From Verrucomicrobiota bacterium (lineage in GTDB: Bacteria > Verrucomicrobiota > Verrucomicrobiia > Opitutales > Cerasicoccaceae): DNA of 39,920 nt. Within the stretch, counting starts at the first letter, position 1, and every line of letters starts with the position of its first letter. The notes beneath the pieces are model-generated. The model saw only the letters and a list, made by a program, of their open reading frames with translations, was not told the origin of the DNA and made no database searches. Location of the stretch: positions 1 to 39,920 of the forward strand of contig JBCBUK010000022.1 in NCBI GenBank assembly GCA_039818205.1, given 5' to 3'. Position numbers and translations under genes: made by a program. Shown here one piece after another: positions 35,302 through 39,920 of this stretch.

Positions 35302-35515
35302 GTCGCATGTGACGCCGCGCATAGGCGTCTTGCGTAGATTTGGGTAATTCAGGTTCGTCAGTGATCGCCTCCACACTCACCGGAGCCTCAGTGGGCTTTC
35401 CGGTCCAAACGGAAATGCTCCCTTCCGCGATGGCACGATTCGCGCACAGCATACGTAGTCCATCGGAAGTAACGATTTCCACCCCTGTGGATGCCTCCTT
35501 GATCGTGAAATCCAT
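35282..35515 (-). CDS. Hypothetical protein
   Basis: Abuts the upstream gene. Confidence 0.6.
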   Translation of the reverse strand: MDFTIKEASTGVEIVTSDGLRMLCANRAIAEGSISVWTGKPTEAPVSVEAITDEPELPKSTQDAYARRHMRHEKETA

Positions 35516-35923
35516 TTATTTGGATCGCCCTTCGTTCCAGTTTTGCCGAGTTTCGCGAATAACCTTATGGCGCTTCATTTTCTCCAGAAACTTGACATTG
35601 ATCGCCGACTGAACCGCGCGCGTTTCCCCGTTTTCTCGAATCTCCAGAATGGCCCCCGTCTCAGTTACCACCCAGCCCTTGACTCCGGCAAAGTGTGCTG
35701 TATCGACCGGCTCAAAATGACGGCGCGGTGCCTTGACCAGCCCACTCATTCCAGTGCGATTTGCCGGAAGCTGATAAGCTGCCGTGTCGCCAAAGGCGGG
35801 CTTGATCACATTGACCGCGCCTCGCCTCGCTTCGCCCTCAGCCAATTCAGTAGCGGCGGTGCATCCGCACTGGCGCGCCTTCGCTCGAAATGTGCGCTTT
35901 GATTGCTTAGCTTGTTTCATCAT
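35516..35923 (-). CDS. Hypothetical basic protein
   Basis: Tight operon packing. Confidence 0.55.
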   Translation of the reverse strand: MMKQAKQSKRTFRAKARQCGCTAATELAEGEARRGAVNVIKPAFGDTAAYQLPANRTGMSGLVKAPRRHFEPVDTAHFAGVKGWVVTETGAILEIRENGETRAVQSAINVKFLEKMKRHKVIRETRQNWNEGRSK

Positions 35924-35933
35924 CTATTGATTG

Positions 35934-36644
35934 TTAAAAACTATGGTGCCTGAGTGTTTCGTAGACTTTCGCAATACCCTCACTGCACCAGGTTGCTCCC
36001 CGCCAGGCGCGATGAGGCCGAAGCTCTTGGGGTATGCCTAGCAGGCGGCTGATATCATCGCAGCTAAAGCCGCGATCCGGCACTGGCGTGCCGCGCAAGA
36101 TGGCGTAGGTGATCGCAAGTGTTTGGAGGTCGATCACGCGATGCGAAAAGGGGAACCAGCGGGGATTGCGACCAAGGTCGCTCCATGCCTTTACAAGGAA
36201 AGCCAAATCAAACTTGGCAGGATTGAGCCCTGCCATAATCAGCTTGTTGCCATGCGGCTTCAACCAATCGAAAAAATGCGCCACGCCTTCATAGTATCCG
36301 CACTCAATCTCGTCCAGGCGATTTAGCGTCCAACCATTCACCTCAAGCGCTTCCGCATCAATGGCGGCGCCCGGACGTGGCCGAAAGTCGAACTGACAAA
36401 TATCGCCATCAGGGAAACGCGCCCCGATTTCGATCAGGCTATTCCGTTCAGAGTGAAGCCCCGTAGTCTCTACGTCCACAACCACCGCATTCGCGGGCAT
36501 GAGCTCTTGAAACAACTCAACCGATGGCCGCAACGCCGGAGAGGGCAATCCCTGTCCCTCTCCGGCTTCACTTGCTAGGATACTGCTATGAAACCCAGCA
36601 CTACTAACGCTGGAAGAATGGATAGTTGAATTCTTGGCACTCAT
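35934..36644 (-). CDS. DnaQ-like (DEDDh) 3'-5' exonuclease
   Basis: DVETTG, N...FD..FL and PH.A; the last Asp is replaced by Gly. Confidence 0.82.
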   Translation of the reverse strand: MSAKNSTIHSSSVSSAGFHSSILASEAGEGQGLPSPALRPSVELFQELMPANAVVVDVETTGLHSERNSLIEIGARFPDGDICQFDFRPRPGAAIDAEALEVNGWTLNRLDEIECGYYEGVAHFFDWLKPHGNKLIMAGLNPAKFDLAFLVKAWSDLGRNPRWFPFSHRVIDLQTLAITYAILRGTPVPDRGFSCDDISRLLGIPQELRPHRAWRGATWCSEGIAKVYETLRHHSF

Positions 36645-36650
36645 TAATCC

Positions 36651-36950
36651 TTATTTTTTATTGCGGTAGACACCGCGTTTTTTCTTCGAAAGATAAATCT
36701 GCTTAGCCTTGTCCAAATCGCTTCGCGAGGGCTGTTTCAGATGCTTGATCAGTGGCAGTATGCGGAGCTTGAACGTCCCCGTAGCCATTCCCAGATATGC
36801 CGCTTGTTGCTTGCGGGTATTCAGCAGAACATTCGATTGCGGACGCAACAAACCCTTGGCCATGTAGATTTGTGTCTGCCGCTCCAGCGCCTCATTGACA
36901 CTCGTATCAATGATCGACTTCAAACGTTCCTCTGACAGCGTGATTTCCAT
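36651..36950 (-). CDS. Excisionase-like HTH protein
   Basis: LLNTRKQQAAYLGMATGTF; ATG36950 lies one nt after the upstream stop. Confidence 0.55.
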   Translation of the reverse strand: MEITLSEERLKSIIDTSVNEALERQTQIYMAKGLLRPQSNVLLNTRKQQAAYLGMATGTFKLRILPLIKHLKQPSRSDLDKAKQIYLSKKKRGVYRNKK

Positions 36951-36951
36951 T

Positions 36952-37311
36952 TCAAACCTCAGCAAGGCGCGTATCAATGCATACCCACTGCTCAGCGCCG
37001 CCATAATCATTTCCGCCTATGGCCACGTAGTAGTCATCAGCATCATCCACCGGCACAGCAACCACACCAGGGCACCAAGATTCCGGGTGATCCAGGGTGC
37101 TCGTCCAGTTTCCGTCACCAGTGGCTTTGTCGCCTAAGCAGACAATCAACCACCCCGTAGACGCAGGCTTAGCCATTAGCCTAAACGTGCGCATTGCCTT
37201 CATTCTCCACTTGCGCGGAGAATTTAGTACAAATTCAATGCACGGATACAAATCGCAATCCAAGCGAGGCTTCGCGCCCCCTGCGGTTATATCTTTGGTT
37301 ATCGGCTCCAT
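36952..37311 (-). CDS. Hypothetical protein
   Basis: Likely start MEPITK, with GGAG upstream. Confidence 0.55.
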   Translation of the reverse strand: MEPITKDITAGGAKPRLDCDLYPCIEFVLNSPRKWRMKAMRTFRLMAKPASTGWLIVCLGDKATGDGNWTSTLDHPESWCPGVVAVPVDDADDYYVAIGGNDYGGAEQWVCIDTRLAEV

Positions 37312-37339
37312 CTTAGGCGTCTCCAAGTGAAATATGCGG

Positions 37340-38038
37340 TTATGCGATTGCCGCCTTGGCCAAAGTGACTTCACGAGAATCCTCAACACCGCGTCGAAAA
37401 CCAAGTCCATCGCTATTTGCTGCTTTTGAGCGATGCCTTTTAGCGTTCAGTGTCTTTGCGAATTCCTCGACCGCAGCTTTCTTGCCAGCCAAAACGAGGC
37501 CGTAGCATTCGGACTTTTCTTCGAATTGCCGCTTTTCAGATGATATACGAGCCCGGAGGCCATGCGCCAAGCCTTTGAAATATCCGTTACGATAAGCAGC
37601 ATTCGGATTATGATTATATTCCTTTTTTTGGAGCGCGCGCTCAATTTTCCAAAGTCGATCAAAGGTTTCCGTTAGATGCGACCACAAGAATTTTGCGGTC
37701 GCCACATCGTCAGCGGTGCCCACGAAGCTTACCGTGACGCCGGAAAATTCATTGCGGAATGTGATATAACATCCTGTGAATTCTTGAATCACGGCGGAAA
37801 CCGAAGTCATCTTTGGCGTCCACCGCGCGCCGCCGGTCGGGACAGACCCTTGCTCAACCTTCGTTACAGCAGGCTCATCCGAATGAGCGTGGATGCTTCC
37901 AATTTCAATGTCATGCTCCGCCGCTAGCTGAACTGCTTTGGCCATCGCCGCCTCAGCCTCGTTGGCATTGCTGGATTCACTTAAGCGTAACAGCTTCGCG
38001 ATTCGATCCGTAACTGTATTTGTTTTAATGCTCTGCAT
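37340..38038 (-). CDS. DUF2786-domain protein
   Basis: RIAKLLRLS.S.N.NEA.AAM.KA..L...H.I; FVG...D; Y.NG...G. Confidence 0.75.
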   Translation of the reverse strand: MQSIKTNTVTDRIAKLLRLSESSNANEAEAAMAKAVQLAAEHDIEIGSIHAHSDEPAVTKVEQGSVPTGGARWTPKMTSVSAVIQEFTGCYITFRNEFSGVTVSFVGTADDVATAKFLWSHLTETFDRLWKIERALQKKEYNHNPNAAYRNGYFKGLAHGLRARISSEKRQFEEKSECYGLVLAGKKAAVEEFAKTLNAKRHRSKAANSDGLGFRRGVEDSREVTLAKAAIA

Positions 38039-38085
38039 TGGTAGTGTGGTTTGTTTGATAGTTGTGGTTGTTTGTTGGCAGTGGA

Positions 38086-38131
38086 TAGTAATACCGGCAG
38101 GGCCATCGCTGGCCCCACCGGACCACTACTA
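38086..38131 (-). other. Long GNRA-capped RNA hairpin in the early transcript
   Basis: TAGTAGTG-gt-CCGGTGGGGCCA-GCGA-TGGCCCTGCCGG-TATTACTA. Confidence 0.6.
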
Positions 38132-38545
38132 CTACTGCGATTCAGTTTTTGACTGAAAGGGTTGAGGCTTGCCTCCGTTGTGCGTCGCTAGCTGAATGGC
38201 CTGGCATGATTGAGCTGACTCTTCAGTATTGGATAGAGCAGGATCAGGTTCGCATGGCAAAAACCCAGGAGCGCCTTCAGCAACCTGTTCCAGAAGCTGA
38301 GATAGCAATCCTTTGCTTCCTTGAGCGGGAATTGGATCTTCCGAAAGACGTTTCCGCACCGCCGCACAACGCTCAAGAAAGCACTGTTTCTGTTGCGGTG
38401 AGAATTGAAGTTTCTGGACAAGCACCTCTAGCGTGCCTGATTCAAGCAGCTGCGGATCAACCCGGAAATAAAGCTCTAACAGCCGCACGTAACCTTGAAG
38501 CGCGCCTGGTTGATCTGGCGAATATTCTCTGAGGATTCGAACCAT
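38132..38545 (-). CDS. Putative regulator paralogous to the C-terminal domain of 25762..26412
   Basis: GYVRLLELYFRVDPQLLE versus GYVRLMALFFHIDPSLLQ. Confidence 0.55.
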   Translation of the reverse strand: MVRILREYSPDQPGALQGYVRLLELYFRVDPQLLESGTLEVLVQKLQFSPQQKQCFLERCAAVRKRLSEDPIPAQGSKGLLSQLLEQVAEGAPGFLPCEPDPALSNTEESAQSCQAIQLATHNGGKPQPFQSKTESQ

Positions 38546-38548
38546 GTC

Positions 38549-38758
38549 TCAGTTACCCTCCTTTTGAGTGGCACTAGCTGACGCGTGGTTGCTTCTTGTG
38601 GGACCATCAATTCCGAGCGGGGGAGTGAGTTCACGGTCGCCTAGCAACAGGCATGCGGCATGTTCTTCTATTGAGCGGTCATGGGCTTTAGCTTGCCGCA
38701 GGAATGACTTATATTCCCGTGGGGAGAGTCTTTTTTTGATTTCAATTTCAAGCTTCAT
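38549..38758 (-). CDS. Cro-position small regulator (ribbon-helix-helix-like)
   Basis: First gene divergent from the repressor; RLS..EY......A....RSIEE pattern; likely start ATG38758. Confidence 0.55.
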   Translation of the reverse strand: MKLEIEIKKRLSPREYKSFLRQAKAHDRSIEEHAACLLLGDRELTPPLGIDGPTRSNHASASATQKEGN

Positions 38759-38851
38759 GAGTTTTGATTTCAAACCATTAAGGTTTCAAAACGAAACTAC
38801 TGCAAGAAAAAAAGTTGCTATTTCAAAACTTTTTTCTAAAACATTCCCAAC
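38759..38851. promoter_or_regulatory. Divergent promoter/operator (genetic switch)
   Basis: AT-rich; repeated TTTCAAA; dyads GTTTC-aaaac-GAAAC and AAAAAAGTT..AACTTTTTT; TTGCTA-16-TAAAAC (+) and TTGCAG-17-CTTAAT (-). Confidence 0.65.
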
Positions 38852-39817
38852 ATGAAGGAACTAATCACGGGAGAAGACATACGTGAATACCGAGAAAAGC
38901 ATGGGCTCACTCAAACTGAGTTCGGTGAAATGGCTGGCTGGAAAAAGCTAGTTGTCACCAACATTGAAACCGGGCGCCGGAAGATCAGCGAACCTGAACA
39001 ACGATTCCTCAAATTGCTGATGCGTGGTGAAATGCCTGAGCGAGCGCCAAAAATCGATGGCAAACTCATATTTGAAGGTCTTGAGGCCGAGAAAATCGCA
39101 ACTTTTGCTCGACGAGAAGGCTTCTCTTCTCCCGAAGATTGGGTTGTTACCAAGATTCGCGCTTACCTCGCCATGCATGGAGCCGAGCCCGAATCAGACG
39201 ATACCGATTCCGATGAAACTAATGAGCCCTTGGAGCATGAATGGCATACGCTTCCATGCTATGGAGTGGCCGCTGGATCGCCGATATCCGGGGACGAGTT
39301 CGAAGCGGAGTTCAAGGAGCCCTACGACGACAATCACTTTGCGCTTAAAGTCTTCGGTGACAGCATGGAGCCTCGCATTGCCAATGGTGAAGTTCTTGTC
39401 ATGCGCAAGCCACAATCACTCAGGAACCCGCACGTGAAAAAGGGTGAAACCTACTGCTTTCTCCTTAATGGCCAACGTACGCTCAAGCAATACAACACGC
39501 GACCAGCTACCCCCTATGAGATCGAAGAGGGCAAAAGCTATGAATCGCCAAGAGGAGGCCCGCCACGCGTCAAGATACTGGAATCACTTAATCCAAGTTA
39601 CCCCGAGATCGTGCTTACAGAGAGCGACGAACCGCAAATGCTGGGGTGGCTTGATTTCGAAAGCCAGCCGCACCCCAAAGATGCGAGGTCCGTCGAAATG
39701 ACAAATTTCGACCGACACGGTCAACGGCTCTTTCGCAAGCGCGCCGAAAAAGACGTGCAAAACTCTCCATCCTCAACTCCTGAGCAGAAATCGAAGCGCA
39801 AGCAGTCTGGGCAATAG
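38852..39817 (+). CDS. CI-like repressor (XRE HTH plus S24 peptidase)
   Basis: REKHGLTQ.EF.....IE.GRR HTH; AAG cleavage site; GDSMEP Ser; LK Lys. Confidence 0.9.
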   Translation: MKELITGEDIREYREKHGLTQTEFGEMAGWKKLVVTNIETGRRKISEPEQRFLKLLMRGEMPERAPKIDGKLIFEGLEAEKIATFARREGFSSPEDWVVTKIRAYLAMHGAEPESDDTDSDETNEPLEHEWHTLPCYGVAAGSPISGDEFEAEFKEPYDDNHFALKVFGDSMEPRIANGEVLVMRKPQSLRNPHVKKGETYCFLLNGQRTLKQYNTRPATPYEIEEGKSYESPRGGPPRVKILESLNPSYPEIVLTESDEPQMLGWLDFESQPHPKDARSVEMTNFDRHGQRLFRKRAEKDVQNSPSSTPEQKSKRKQSGQ

Positions 39818-39920
39818 ACGTAGGAAGCATTGCTTGCCCGCTGAACAAGGGCGTAATAGGTCTTCCTTTCTTGAATAGGATTTGGTTTAGGTAGATTGTA
39901 TTTTTCTGAACTAACATCCG

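Noticed and set aside
39615..39917. Minus-strand ORF at the right edge
   Set aside because: Overlaps the repressor 3' end in antisense, has no motifs, and its context is cut by the window

Overview
Nearly complete temperate long-tailed phage or prophage (about 3.25-39.8 kb). Almost all genes lie on the minus strand, in this order: early/replication genes, putative cos site, terminases, lambda-type portal, fused protease-scaffold-capsid, lysis-like membrane genes, neck, large fibre plus SGNH esterase, tail tube, frameshifted tail chaperone, tape measure and GTA/BR0599-type tail tip. A divergent CI-like repressor sits at the right end. At 3133-3193 is the 3' part of a tRNA-Ser(CGA), an att core with IHF and arm-type repeats, next to a tyrosine integrase. 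Left of it is the end of a second plus-strand operon (membrane proteins, metallophosphoesterase), so this is either an attP or a tandem-prophage junction. The style of the integrase and DnaG suggests a Verrucomicrobiota (Opitutia-like) host; this is inference only. The most notable observations are: (1) a replication module pairing an SF3 helicase whose Prim-Pol domain appears catalytically dead with a host-like DnaG that carries an origin-like iteron structure in its 3' end; (2) a hidden antisense, apparently leaderless gene with an in-frame amber codon; (3) a lysis-like cassette with no recognisable endolysin; (4) two paralogous regulators at opposite ends of the early operon. All family assignments come from motif recognition by eye; no database searches were run.
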